Shown: piece by piece, positions 51,868 through 64,000 of the stretch
How positions within the stretch are numbered: the stretch's first letter is position 1
Layout of the letters: every line of letters begins with the position of its first letter
DNA from: Octopus bimaculoides
Taxonomy: Eukaryota
Direction of reading: 5' to 3'
Assembly: GCF_001194135.2 (NCBI RefSeq)
Contig: NC_068998.1
Coordinates: forward strand, 49,128,510 to 49,192,509
DNA length: 64,000 nucleotides
Notes under the pieces: generated by a model
Seen by the model: only the letters and a program-made list of their open reading frames with translations
Told to the model about the DNA's origin: nothing
Databases searched by the model: none
Program-made: the position numbers and the translations under genes

Positions 51868-54003
51868 AGGTCGAAACAGTTGTAGTGATCAATAAAGATT
51901 CTTGCATTTCCCTGTCCCTTCTGTCTCACTAAGAGGGTAAACAATTTTACCAAGGAGGAGATATTCGCTCTTTGCTTTGTACGCTGCATAGGCTACGTGT
52001 ATAGTCTCTGGTAATATTAACTCTACATTTCAATTTTCTATATATATAAATCATTGTTTTATATATTTTATGATGTGCAGTAACATTAAAAACAGTTGCG
52101 TGTGCAAATTTATGGTGATCGATATTTTATTTTTATACGATCAAAATGAGCTATTATTGAAATTATTTATTCCATACTTTGAAGTTTCAAATAACTTGAT
52201 AAAGCTCGTCATATTTCCAATATATTTATATTAATAACAATGCTCTTTCATGTTGCTATTAACAAAGTTTATGGAAGATATGGCAAGTGCCTTCGCTAAA
52301 CAAATTCGTTCAGACTCCTATGTAAACAGCACCTCTATGTCGATAGCAATGTATTAGCGAAATGTTTAAAGACACTTCGAATGAAGATTGCGTTTTCTTT
52401 ATGAATTGACAACTTTTCCCTCGAAGCTAGAGAAAAAAATCTTGACTCTACATTCTCTATTGAAAGTTGCACACTGTTCCACGTTTTCATTTAATGTGAG
52501 TCTGACAAATCGTTTTCTTTGTAACGTTTTTAAGAATGTATCACACAGCTTTTACTTTTTCTTCATCTTATTTTAACTTTGCTATTTTCTTGCGGCTTCA
52601 TTTTTATTTTCACACATTTCCAACCTTTTTCTTTTCGCTTTTGCCTCCTTCAAAATTCGCGTTTTAACGTAAGAGACTTTTACGCTATGCCTCGGAGGGG
52701 TAAATACCTTTACGTCTGTATCTTCCTTATTAACATTCTGTTTTCTATTCTTCTTTCCATATTTCTATTAATGATATGTTTATTTCTATCGATATAGCTA
52801 CGTTTTTTTTTTAGCGATTCCCGAAAATGGAATTTCTTTATTCATTGTTGATTTGCAACTGCCTGGAAAATATTTTCGGAAGTTTTTTTTTTCATAGAAT
52901 ATACAATAAATTCTACATTATGTTTCAACTTTATCCATTCAATTTCCTGGAGTTGAAAAAGAATACTAGCGTTATTTTAGAGACCTCGAACTAATTGACA
53001 ATCTTAATGTAGCTTTGTAGATTTTAAGTTCCAATCCCAAGGGAGCCAGGTTTGTATCCAATTGGTACAAACGCTTGAGAAAAGACGTGACATTTTAGCA
53101 ATGCAATTAATGTGATTTACATAGTTGACATTGGAAACAAGAAAGAAGAACGATACCACGATGCGTTTAGTTATATATATATATTTGCGTTCTCAGTTCG
53201 TATCACTTCGAGGATAAAATGAATATAAATAGCTTCACATAACTTATTTAACTATGAGTAAGCGCCATAATCTATGCATGTCGTCTTGTACTAATGTAAT
53301 AAATATTTTTGCTGTAGAAGATACCCACTCTCACTTTCAGTACATGCAATTCTGTGCATCGCAATCTGATTAGATTTGGGAGGATGTGTATATGTTGCTT
53401 TCTACTAATATTACATGAAAACAATTTGAAGAATTTTGGTGTGTATCTGTATTACACCAGACAGATCAAAGCAATTAATTCTCAATATATTAAATGAAAT
53501 GTAACTAATCTCTATCAATCTTCCTCTATGGTCCACCGGTCGATCTGGGTGTCGTTTAAGATTTAATAGTCATCTCAGGACACTATGCAGCAGCATATAT
53601 AGCTCGATGAACGAATGAAGTTTTGGTCTGCATTCCAATTACCATTCCATTTTAATCATTGCTGATTTATCACTGCATTAATGTGACATAATATAGCCAC
53701 CTTCGTGCTATGGAATTCAAATTCAAGTGATAAAAACTTTATCATACAACTATATTTATGGAAATTTAATACACGTCTGTATGCAGTTATTTTCCTCTCT
53801 CAGAATATTTCGACTCTATCTCCATAGAGGAAAAGATGTTACCAAATTAGAGATTTTGATTACCAACAATAATACTCGAAATAATTATTATTGTGTTTTA
53901 TTGTCAATACATTTCCACCATACTAATGAACAATATCTATTCATTTTCATTGCACCAGAAATTTAAATACAATGTGATACTTTGGAAATGAATGTAAAAT
54001 ATC

Positions 54004-54300
54004 TACGAGGTCTGATCAGTAAGTATTCGGACTGTAACAAAGCTAAAGCATGCAGAGTGAAGTTGCTTGGCACATGTTGACCTTGAAGGCTGCTGTGCAT
54101 GTGCACTAAGGTTTCACGTTATAGCATACTTCCGCTGTTTACAGCAGTGGTTCTAAGTAACGTGTGTTACGTGTGATCGTCGCATTGACTATGACAAAAA
54201 GATTGTGTCGAGAACGGTGATAATTTTTGAAAACTTTGCGTAGGCCTTTGGGGAGGTAAGACTAAGCTTTTGGCAAATTTGATGCAGACTCTCTTCTCAG
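54004..54300 (+). mobile_element. Mariner-type 5' end fragment
   Basis: TA followed by CGAGGTCTGATCAGTAAGTATTCGGACTG, resembling mariner TIRs; no partner TIR or ORF seen. Confidence 0.5.
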
Positions 54301-55259
54301 CTTACTGTGTCACAGGCAATGCGACAAGCACACGCTACACACGTTACTTCCAAGCACTGTGTTCAAACTCTCCATTTTCCTTATATTATATTATCAAAAT
54401 TCTGTTCTCCCCTACAGCCTACAGGACGGATGAAAACATCTATAAAGACAACTGGAACTTGATAAGCGTAAGCACTAATACTATCACACATTAACGAATT
54501 GCAGGTATATTAATGGAGAATTAAACCGCTGTTCTGGTGTTCTAATAGTATCATTTTTTTTATAACGTTTCTTACGTTTTGATACTGGCCATACATTTCT
54601 GTCTTTAGCCCCTAACTCCTTTCGGATTTTGTAGACGAAGGATCTAGCGACTTTTCAAAATCGTGCTATTTCTAAATTGCTATGTTCAGCCTTTATAACC
54701 AGGATGACAGCGTGCCTCTTCATTTCTTGTGTAATCATAGGGTCTGCCATTGATAATTCTGAAATATAGAAAATATTAAGTTGATAATTATGCTGCTATA
54801 GTAAAATTAACATATTTCATCAAATACTTTACGCGCCCTGTATATCAATCCTCTTAATGACGAACGACTTTCGTAAGTAAATATACCACCACTTTTATTT
54901 CAGTTGCAGTGTAAGCCGGAGTTTTAGTAGTAAACAAAGCCGAGCACCTCTAGTACATGCATATTACATTACGTCATTTGACAGAATTTGAATGTGTATA
55001 TATGTTTGCATATATAATTACAGCTGTTCTGAAATTTTTCACCTTTTCCAAACAATCCGTGCTATTGCATGAGTAAAGTAAATGAAAAGAAGATTAATTA
55101 AGTACAAAAGAAAAGCTGGGATTACACTTCAATCTCAACTGGCTTCACTGTACGTGTGAATGAAGATACAAAGTGTAGCTTCTGCATCCATGCCAATACA
55201 ACTTAACCGCTTCGGCATTAGAAGGCAATACAAATGTCATTCACTGAAATGTTGTAAAT

Positions 55260-55390
55260 ATCGTCACCAATATTATAATACATATTCAAAGCTATCACAA
55301 AGCATCGTCACCAATATCATAATATCTATTCAAAGCTATCTCAAAGTATCGTCAGCAATAACATACTATCTATTCAAAACCATCTGAAAA
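55260..55390. repeat. Degenerate 44-bp tandem repeat, about 3 units
   Basis: Unit atcgtcaccaatat(t/c)ataata..tattcaaagctatc.caaag repeated three times. Confidence 0.8.
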
Positions 55391-57513
55391 GACTCTACGA
55401 AATGCCTTTTCTCTTCGATATTTACATTAAAGTCATCTCAAGTATCATCGACTGCAAGAGGAATCTTAGCTGAAGAATTCGTCTAAATAAGAGGATCGAT
55501 ATGAATAAAACCATGGGATTTTGAACTAAGAAGAGGCCGGTTAATATATACGTATATATCTGATAATTTCCTTTCGGGGTATTTACAGTATTAATTTCGT
55601 CTAATAGCAATGCTACTCTAAGTCTGACAATAATAATTTAGCAGACTCTTTTCAGTATAATTAAACTACAAAGAAATGTCAACACTGTCAAGCAAAATCT
55701 TCGTTTCAGAGTATTTCGGGAAAAATGAATGTAAGGTAAGGGAATGCCAGTAAACGATAAATTGATAACCAAATTGCATGTTGGGTGATAGCTTTATTTT
55801 ATTGTGACACACTTAGTACCATTGCTAATACACTTATGGTGTTACTCGTTGAAAACATCTGCCTAAATCTTAAGTTGATTGTGTTATGTTTTCAAAGTAA
55901 TCATTGAGATATAGAATATCAATTACGCCCGAGGTAAGCTATCTTTCGAATAATATTATAGTTTATATATATATAGTTTAAAAAAAAAATAATATTATAG
56001 TTTTTATTTTTTTCGATATATATCATACACGCATACATAGTTTATTGGGGATCTAGGATATATAACACACTGCCTAAATACCTATCTTGAAAAATTAGAC
56101 GTCTCAGTACCAGAAAAGAGAAAGCTGATTGGAAGACTTCAGATCCAAGGCACAACTGGAACTGAAAAATCTGTAAACCTTTCACGAGGTTTATCATTTG
56201 AGTATATATGAGCATGTCTATATATGAACATATATGCATGAGAAGGCATACATAGAACAAAACATGCAAATCTATACGTAAACATACATATATAAAAAAA
56301 AACTCTGTTGTTGAGGTTGAAATTCCAGTGAAGGAACATTTGACATCGGTTAGAAACTGGCTCTTTTTCTATTGGCAAGAAATCTTGAAATAAAACTGAA
56401 TAATGACATACATACATACATACATACATACATACATACATACATAAATGCGATGCTGTTTTACAGTCTGTCGTGTCGACGCCCCGAGGCGAAGAAGTAG
56501 GATCTCACAAGACATATAAATAGAGGTAGTCTGGCCGTGGTAAGTGTGTTGAGTAGCAGTTGAGTAGCAGTCGAGTAGCAGTTGTGCAGCAGTTGAGTAG
56601 AGATTATCCGAAGGTGCTAGATAGCAGTAGCTTGAGACATAAGACAGTCTGCATAAAAGTTTGCGATACACATAAATGAGATGCTAGAATTTTTGCGAAA
56701 CTTATGAGCAATGTTGTTGAGTAGATGAGCAAAACATATAGGATACTGCCTATTAATGAAATGAAAGAAAAAAAAACATTCTATTACCATTCATGCTTGT
56801 GTAATGGTCCTGTATCATATAGGAGAAAGATTTCTGTTTTTGAAAAAAGTAAAAATGAGTGTGTCTTGTTTTATTACATATTTCCTTCAATTCAAAATTA
56901 TTTTCCAGTATATTATAGGAATATGAAACAAATTTTATAAGGTAGTACAATGTACTTAATTCGTATATATATATATATAAATATGTGTGTGAGTACGTGT
57001 GTGTATATGTGTGTATGTGCGAGTATGTAATGAGGAGAATGAATAAAATGTACAGGCTCTAAACACTTCAGTTGCAGTGGTAACTCAACAGGAATATAAA
57101 AGAAACTATCTATTTTCTTTTAGATTATATAATTTATACATAGAAATTCTAACGCAAACAGAAGCCAAACAAAGATTTTAAATATGCTGTAAGCTCTTCA
57201 ACAACTAACCACAGATATATTTAACTGATAGTCTTCTATGAACTTCCAAAACAAAAGATCAACAAAAGTTTATACCTTGAGGATAAGACAAGTAAATCTC
57301 ATGTGGAATAGAGATGAATAGAAATACATTTATACAAATGAAAATTTGAAAAGAACGTCACCTATTAAAAAGAATATTTCTTGCCAGATGAACATAAAGC
57401 AAAGCAGCATCGAATCAGAAAACGGAAATGGGAAAACGAATTTGAAGGAGAAATCAAAGTCGGTGATATATTTAGAAATCCATTTGATATGAGGACTAAA
57501 CACGTAGCACCAA

Positions 57514-57573
<60 letters not shown>

Positions 57574-57583
57574 NNNNNNNNNN

Positions 57584-57625
<42 letters not shown>

Positions 57626-58367
57626 TCATCTATTAACATGCATATATAAACACACACGCACAAACTCGTATATTTCTATATATGTACACATACACACATA
57701 TATAAACAAACAAACTAGTATTTGTTTTTATATGCGTCGAAATGTGTATAGAACGATACAAATTAGATGACATATTATTTCGAAAGCAAAGCTGCTGTTA
57801 AAACAACAAAAATATTAGGTAAATTACCCTTACAAGGCAGCAATATTTGTCAATAGCTATCCAAGTACTCCAAACCATATCCCACATTTATTAATATATC
57901 TTACAAAGAAACCATTTTATAAAATATAGATCTAATGAATAATGAAATACTAATGTAAGCACTAATGCTATAAAACTAGCAAAATGAAATATTTTACTTA
58001 AATCACATTAGAGTTTGGTTGATATGAATTCTTGAATAACCGTCTTTATCTTCCCTTTACAAAAGAACAAACAGCACATGAGTATTCACAAATATTGCAC
58101 ATACATATTAAAATATATAAATATATATTATGCCGCTTCAACTATATATGTTAATGATTTTGAAGTGGTTATACGACGATGTGACCCGCAGCTATAAAAT
58201 AGCCTTCTTTTATTCTCTCGAGGGCTTCTATGCCCCTTTATTAGACTATGTTTCTTAGTCATTGCTCGGTGATCGCTAGAAGCTTTAAGCTTATATAAAA
58301 ATACCATTATTATTAGTTACAGGATTGTAAATACAGCGCCGTATAAAAATCTATTCGCATCAAAAGC

Positions 58368-58399
<32 letters not shown>

Positions 58400-58950
58400 T
58401 TGTTTAAAAGAGTTCCAACACTGTCTGTTTTTTATGTTTTATTTATATTCCTGCAGAACCAATGTGGGGTATAGAATATGGAATATACAATATATAATAT
58501 AAAATAAAATAAAATAAAATAAAAATGGATGGCACCATGAAAGAAAGTATTGAATGTAGATGAAATATTGAGTGTTCAATATAAAGGATCAAATATATAA
58601 ATATAAATATAAATATATCAAGGCGACTCGAGTTTCAGGGCTATTTCCCTTCGTCATGGCCGGTGTGACAGACTTTGTACTTTTTAAACGTAAAATTATT
58701 TTACATCGTGCGATTATGAGTGTAAAATGTTCAGTTATTTTCTAGGATCTTAAACACAAAATAAAGAGAAAAGGTGGTTTATTTCAATTCGCAAAAATAT
58801 ATATCAATAAAATAGACATCTCACATACATCAGCTGATAACGTACCACATCCTCTCCATAAAATAACAATGCAAGCACTATCACTTGTCATACATGAAAT
58901 TTATATATCGCGTTGTTCAGTTTAAACACGTGTTACACAATGCTTAATTA

Positions 58951-58957
58951 TATATAA
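58951..58957 (+). promoter_or_regulatory. Candidate TATA box of gene D
   Basis: TATATAA 70 nt before the ATG, matching the B/C spacing. Confidence 0.4.
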
Positions 58958-59020
58958 GTAAAAGATACGTGTAAGTTGTCACAATATGAAGAGGAGTTGA
59001 ATTAAAAGCCCCAAACCAAG

Positions 59021-59057
59021 ATGAAATATTCTATATTTATTTTGCTTCTCATTGTTG
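59021..59057 (+). CDS. Gene D exon 1 (signal peptide)
   Basis: MKYSIFILLLIV+G|gtaagt. Confidence 0.85.
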
Positions 59058-62000
59058 GTAAGTAGCTATACGATGGTTACGTCTGAATTTTCATCACTAT
59101 TTTTCAATTGTTGCATGGCATATCGAGGCAGTGACAGTAACAAATAAACTTTTTCCAATCTGTGACTTCTTTTTTATTTCTGGTTTCTATATACACACAC
59201 ACACGTATATATATATATATATATATNNNNNNNNNNNNNNNNNNNNNNNNNNNNNNNNNNNNNNNNNNNNNNNNNNNNNNNNNNNNNNNNNNNNNNNNNN
59301 NNNNNNNNNNNNNNNNNNNNNNNNNNNNNNNNNNNNNNNNNNNNNNNNNNNNNNNNNNNNNNNNNNNNNNNNNNNNNNNNNNNNNNNNNNNNNNNNNNNN
59401 NNNNNNNNNNNNNNNNNNNNNNNNNNNNNNNNNNNNNNNNNNNNNNNNNNNNNNNNNNNNNNNNNNNNNNNNNNNNNNNTATATGTTTGTGTATATGCAT
59501 ACATGTCTGTCTATCTATATATACATATACGAATATGTGCATATATATATACAAGTACATATATATATATATATTCTGAACTTTACTTTCATTTTATCAC
59601 AGCTAACCTGTGCAAATACATATTCAAAATGTTAAAGCTTTTAACATTTTTCTAAAAAATTAAGGAATAAATTAATCACAAATTAGAATTCAACGTGTAA
59701 AACTACATCAATATATCAAATCTGAAAAAAATTTCAATTTCAAAATTTCAAAATCTGTGACAGCAACAGCAAGATAATCTCTATTTGTCTATCACATTCA
59801 TTTTTTTGCTTTTGTCATGGTAAACATTTCCCTCTCTCAATACATCTTTAATACACTCTCTCATTCTCCATAAAAGTATATAGCTCAAGCACATTGTACG
59901 CTTGTCAGGATGTGTGTATACATGTGTGCAAAGTTTTTCATTAGGGTGACAGGGTGCTTTAAAAAAGTTATGTGAAAGATAATTTATTTTCATAGCATAC
60001 TGTTCTCATAGTAAATATGCTTTTTCTCACCGCCTCTCTCACGTACTCGCTCGGTGCAGGGTGGGCGATTAAAGATTTCAGTTACTTTTATTTATTTATG
60101 TTTGGGCTTTGCTGAAAACCCAACAATTGATCACCGCACCATCATTCCCTAATATGAGTATATGGGGCAAAATATAAAAAAAAAATATCAATACATATAA
60201 CAAAGAAATCAGAAAGGTATCAGGTGGTCGATATACTAGAAACAACATATAAATTGACCTTAAATCACACACTTATTCCTCTGAAATATATTTTTAAAAT
60301 TATGAGACACAAATTGCAGATTCCATCATTTTGAAATTCCCTGAAATAAAGTTCTACGCCACAAGAAACATTTTGAAACGTTACCATAATACGCGTAACT
60401 TCGCAAAATCAGACATACAACAGCCATATGCATTTCCTCTCTATAATATAAATTGAAACTAAACGGAGTTTATGGTTTTGTTTTGCAGCATAAATTCAGT
60501 GTTGTAAAAATAATTTCAGAATTTCAAATACAATTTCAAATTTTCAGATGTTGCGTTGTCAATTCAATGCACTCACGAGGCATCATCGAAGTGTGCGTCA
60601 ACTTATACAACAATTGATTCAACAGCGAGATTCTGCAAGTATATATGATCATACTGTTACTATTGATGTTACGGTTAGGATTGATATAGTTATTTAATGG
60701 CAGATATTTGTGGTTATAAAGCTTTATCGTTTTCAAGATGATCGATATAATTAAATAGAATTCAGTCGATGAAACTGACTATAACTGTTTATCCGTTTAC
60801 AATTGTGGAAACATTGTATTAGCATGATTTAAACTAAGCTAGTTTGAACAAAGTTTATTGGGCCAATCGAACGGTATTTTTGTTGTTTACTTACAGATGT
60901 CTAATAAGAGAAAAGACCCCACAGAATGTGTTAGGCAGTACTCAGTTAAATGTGAATCAAACACGTATTTTTGTATATATTGAAACGAAATTGGCTCAAT
61001 TTCACAGGGGTTGTTTTACACAACCTGAAAAGTGCAATCCCTGGATAATATATCTGACTGAAATAATGTTATTTCCTGCGGTGTTGCCTATTTGTACTGA
61101 ACTACGTGATTATCATTTTATTTTTTTTTAAATACCCGAGTATTGCATTTGATCATTCTACTTATGATTCACCCACAGAAAAAGCGAGTTTGAGACCGGA
61201 ATAGAGAAAATTAGAGGGTAGAATTATAATCAAAGCAAAAACTCTAAATGTATAATATTCAATCATGTTTTTTGAGTTCAAATTACGCTGAGGTCGACTT
61301 TGCCTTTCATCCTTTCGGGTTCGATAAATTAAGTTCCAGTTGCGTACTGGGGTCGAGCAAATCGACTGGCCTCCTCCCCCAAAATTTCAGGCCTTGTGCC
61401 TAGATCAGAACAGAACATTCAATCATATTTTTATCTTTCAGACAGTACAACAATTTTGCTAAATGTTCCCGAGAATTAGGCAAATATTGTAGAAGATTTT
61501 ATGACTTTGTGCATTTCCATAAGTGTGTGGTAAGATATTAAATGAATCATATTTGTTTACTTTCTTTAATTTACATTTCCCTTATCAACTTAAATAGAAT
61601 AATTTCATTGTAGAGAGATAAGAAACTATTAAACGTTCTAAAATACACCTTTGAATGAACAGTCGAGTAAGGAAAGTATAAGTTTATTAGTTTTCTTTTA
61701 TTTTTTTAAATAGAAAATAATACAAAATCGAACTTGCCGACAATGGCATAACAAAATCAAACATAAATGCAGCTACCATGCTTGCAGTATTTCCTCTAGT
61801 AGCATCTGTCCATCTAAAGTATATTACTGGTATGATCTTTTAATCGACAATAGTATAATCGTTTCAAATTTAGGCACACTCACAGCAGTTTTGAGGGGCG
61901 GAGGAAGTCGATCGCAACACTCCCAAAACTTGACTTTTATTTATTTTGCCGACACCAAAATGATGAATGCGAATGCAGCAGAATTTGAAATTGCATTCAG

Positions 62001-63713
62001 AAAATAAGTCATCTTGTCCGGTATTCTAATTGCTTTGCCAGCTTGCTGACAATTAAATGAGCGTAGAATAATGACTTGTATATTGGGCAGAGAACGAGCG
62101 AATTTTAATGATCGCTAATATCGTTTTATTTTATTTTAATCTTCAAGGCGTTTCCCATCGTTTTTAAGTGCGCAATGCAATAAGAATGATGGCCAAAATC
62201 GGTATTGTCTGTTGGGGGGAGATTTGAATAATTCATAAATTTTCAAAAATACTTTTACTTTGTTACCGAAAGTACAGGAGTCTCTCATTGTGTTTAATGG
62301 ACGAAATCAATCGGGATCTTGTGGGGCTCATAAAGTTTCAAACAATTTTTCATAGAAAGATCCCTCTATCATTTGCCAAGTTGTATTGGAAAAGTTTCTG
62401 ATGACGTATTATTCGTTTTCACAACATATCAACACTTTGTTTGCAGGCAGGTACGACGAAGAAACCAAAAGCTTCCAGTACCAGAATTGGGGTAAGCAAT
62501 ATGTTTCTACTGATGCTGAGACATCCATATATTATTACGATTATGTAAATTTGAGAGATATGTTTTGTACTTCATAGTAATACCGGCGAAATGTTTGTCT
62601 AATAACCGCATTTGAAGTACTATGTTAAGCCTTTGGAATAAGACTACAATTAAACTCAATTGACGATAAAACAAACAGCCTACCTTCCATGCCAAACCCG
62701 ATAACTTTTATTAGTATGCATTACAGCATACTTTGATTCCTATTATTCTTACCGTCAGCCAAATTAAGGTGCTGATACAGTGTGCATTACATGATTTCTC
62801 TCTCGTATTAATATGAAATTGCAATGCACTAAGGGGAATATTAGAGCGATTTACAGTGACTTTGATGCGATAGATATGTAATACATATCACTATTCCTTG
62901 AAATATAAAATCTACTCTATCGCGTTAAGAGAATGCTGCCTTATAAATGAAGTTCTCTAAACTGGTGTTGTTACATCAATACGATAGAAAGTTTAACATG
63001 CATTACATATAGCATATCGCAGTAATACATATATCCTACAATAATTATAACACACTGGTAATAGTATAAAAGAAAAGGAATAACGTATCAGTGTCATCAC
63101 TAGATTTTTGTAGCTAAATTTAAAAGCATCCACGTAACAACCAGCGTCTTCTCAATAAGAAAGCTGGTCTTGAAAACACTTGGTTCAGGGTGAAATCTCA
63201 TAATCTCGTACGTGGCAAATTACGCAAATCACACACAGTACAAGCTTGGACCGACCAAAGCCTCGTGAGCGAATTTTTTAGACAGACACTGAGTGAAATC
63301 CAGTCGTGCCTACCACCACATTGTAACAATTGTTCGATTGTTTATGTCCCCGTCAATAAGTGGTTCAGGAGAGAGAATCAACACATAAGTACTAATCGCA
63401 AATTTGAGCATTAAAAGTGACGTGTTGGAGTAAACGTTTTCATGTTGGTAGTCTTGTATAGCTGCAGTTTAATGATTGAAATAAGTAAAACATAGAAATG
63501 TATAATGAGATGTCGTTCGTTGATTTGCTAATACCATTTCTAATTGTGAAGCAATGAAATTACTAACAAAAAGAAAACAACTTCTTTCTATCTTTCTTTA
63601 TATTAAAAGTTCGTCAATATATATATATAAAATATTTTTTCTGCTCTTTACAGGGGAAGATCGAATCAGTATTCGTCACTGCGGTTGTATCTCTAATACT
63701 CATACAAATATAA
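59021..63713 (+). CDS. Gene D: 106-aa divergent paralog (5 coding exons)
   Basis: join(59021..59057,60548..60638,61442..61529,62447..62491,63654..63713) = 321 nt, GT-AG, phases 1,2,0,0. Translation MKYSIFILLLIVDVALSIQCTHEASSKCASTYTTIDSTARFCKQYNNFAKCSRELGKYCRRFYDFVHFHKCVAGTTKKPKASSTRIGGKIESVFVTAVVSLILIQI*. AATAAA at 63713-63718. Confidence 0.88.
60548..60638 (+). CDS. Gene D exon 2
   Basis: aattttcag|(D)VALSIQCTHEASSKCASTYTTIDSTARFC|gtatat; 91 nt, phase 1-2. Confidence 0.85.
61270..61415 (+). mobile_element. SINE copy in gene D intron 2
   Basis: gagttcaaattacgctgaggtcgactttgcctttcatcctttcggg..., same family in plus orientation. Confidence 0.7.
61442..61529 (+). CDS. Gene D exon 3
   Basis: tatctttcag|QYNNFAKCSRELGKYCRRFYDFVHFHKCV|gtaaga; 88 nt. 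Confidence 0.88.
61860..62045 (-). mobile_element. Decayed SINE copy in gene D intron 3
   Basis: tttcaaatttaggcac...aagtcgat...gcagaatttgaa...ttgccagct, a diverged minus-orientation copy. Confidence 0.5.
62447..62491 (+). CDS. Gene D exon 4
   Basis: ttgtttgcag|AGTTKKPKASSTRIG|gtaagc; 45 nt, phase 0-0. Confidence 0.75.
63654..63713 (+). CDS. Gene D exon 5
   Basis: ctctttacag|GKIESVFVTAVVSLILIQI*, stop overlapping AATAAA. Confidence 0.85.
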   Translation, partial: GKIESVFVTAVVSLILIQI

Positions 63714-63718
63714 ATAAA
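63713..63718 (+). terminator. Polyadenylation signal of gene D
   Basis: AATAAA overlapping the TAA stop. Confidence 0.55.
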
Positions 63719-63958
63719 TATTATGTAAATACAGCATATATTTGTATTGTTGTGAAACTATTTCCAACCACCAGTTCCGAAAATATCAAATACTTGTATT
63801 ACAAAAAGTCAGCTTCAGTTTGGATACTCAGTAACAGTTGCATAACGTTATAAAAAGTATGAAATGCATGGTACCTTTAGAGTAAAATCTGAGCATTCAT
63901 CGATTTGTTTCCATATCGAAGTTTTTAAGTTTCAATATATATATATATTGTTGTACGC

Positions 63959-64000
<42 letters not shown>

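Noticed and set aside
60898-61060. ECVRQYSVKC and AQFHRGCFTQPEKC motifs as gene D exon 2
   Set aside because: Wrong phase and weak donor; a clean phase 1-2 exon with three Cys exists at 60548-60638.

Overview
AT-rich, microsatellite-dense eukaryotic genomic DNA with nine N gaps. The SINE/LINE families and simple-repeat load look like an octopod cephalopod genome (inference from repeat recognition, not from a search). None of the ORFs in the six-frame track looks like an intact host gene: they are microsatellite read-throughs, gap artefacts, transposon fossils or chance ORFs. Reading splice sites by hand shows a head-to-tail cluster of four related plus-strand genes (A 21252-29184, B 32116-38173, C 40885-44368, D 59021-63713) built from 36-100 nt coding exons with intron phases 1-2-0-0. 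A, B and D give complete ORFs of 105-106 aa: signal peptide, a six-cysteine domain, a short polar linker and a terminal hydrophobic tail resembling a GPI-anchor signal. C has four intact exons but no recognisable intact exon 2. The central Cys motif resembles neuritin/CPG15. Between A and B the mature-domain exons have diverged more than the adjacent intron sampled, mostly by amino-acid-changing substitutions. The rest is a degraded hAT transposon, mariner, Tx1/L1, R4/Dong, CR1 and RTE fragments, tRNA-derived SINEs, a Helentron-type element, two long inverted repeats and simple repeats.
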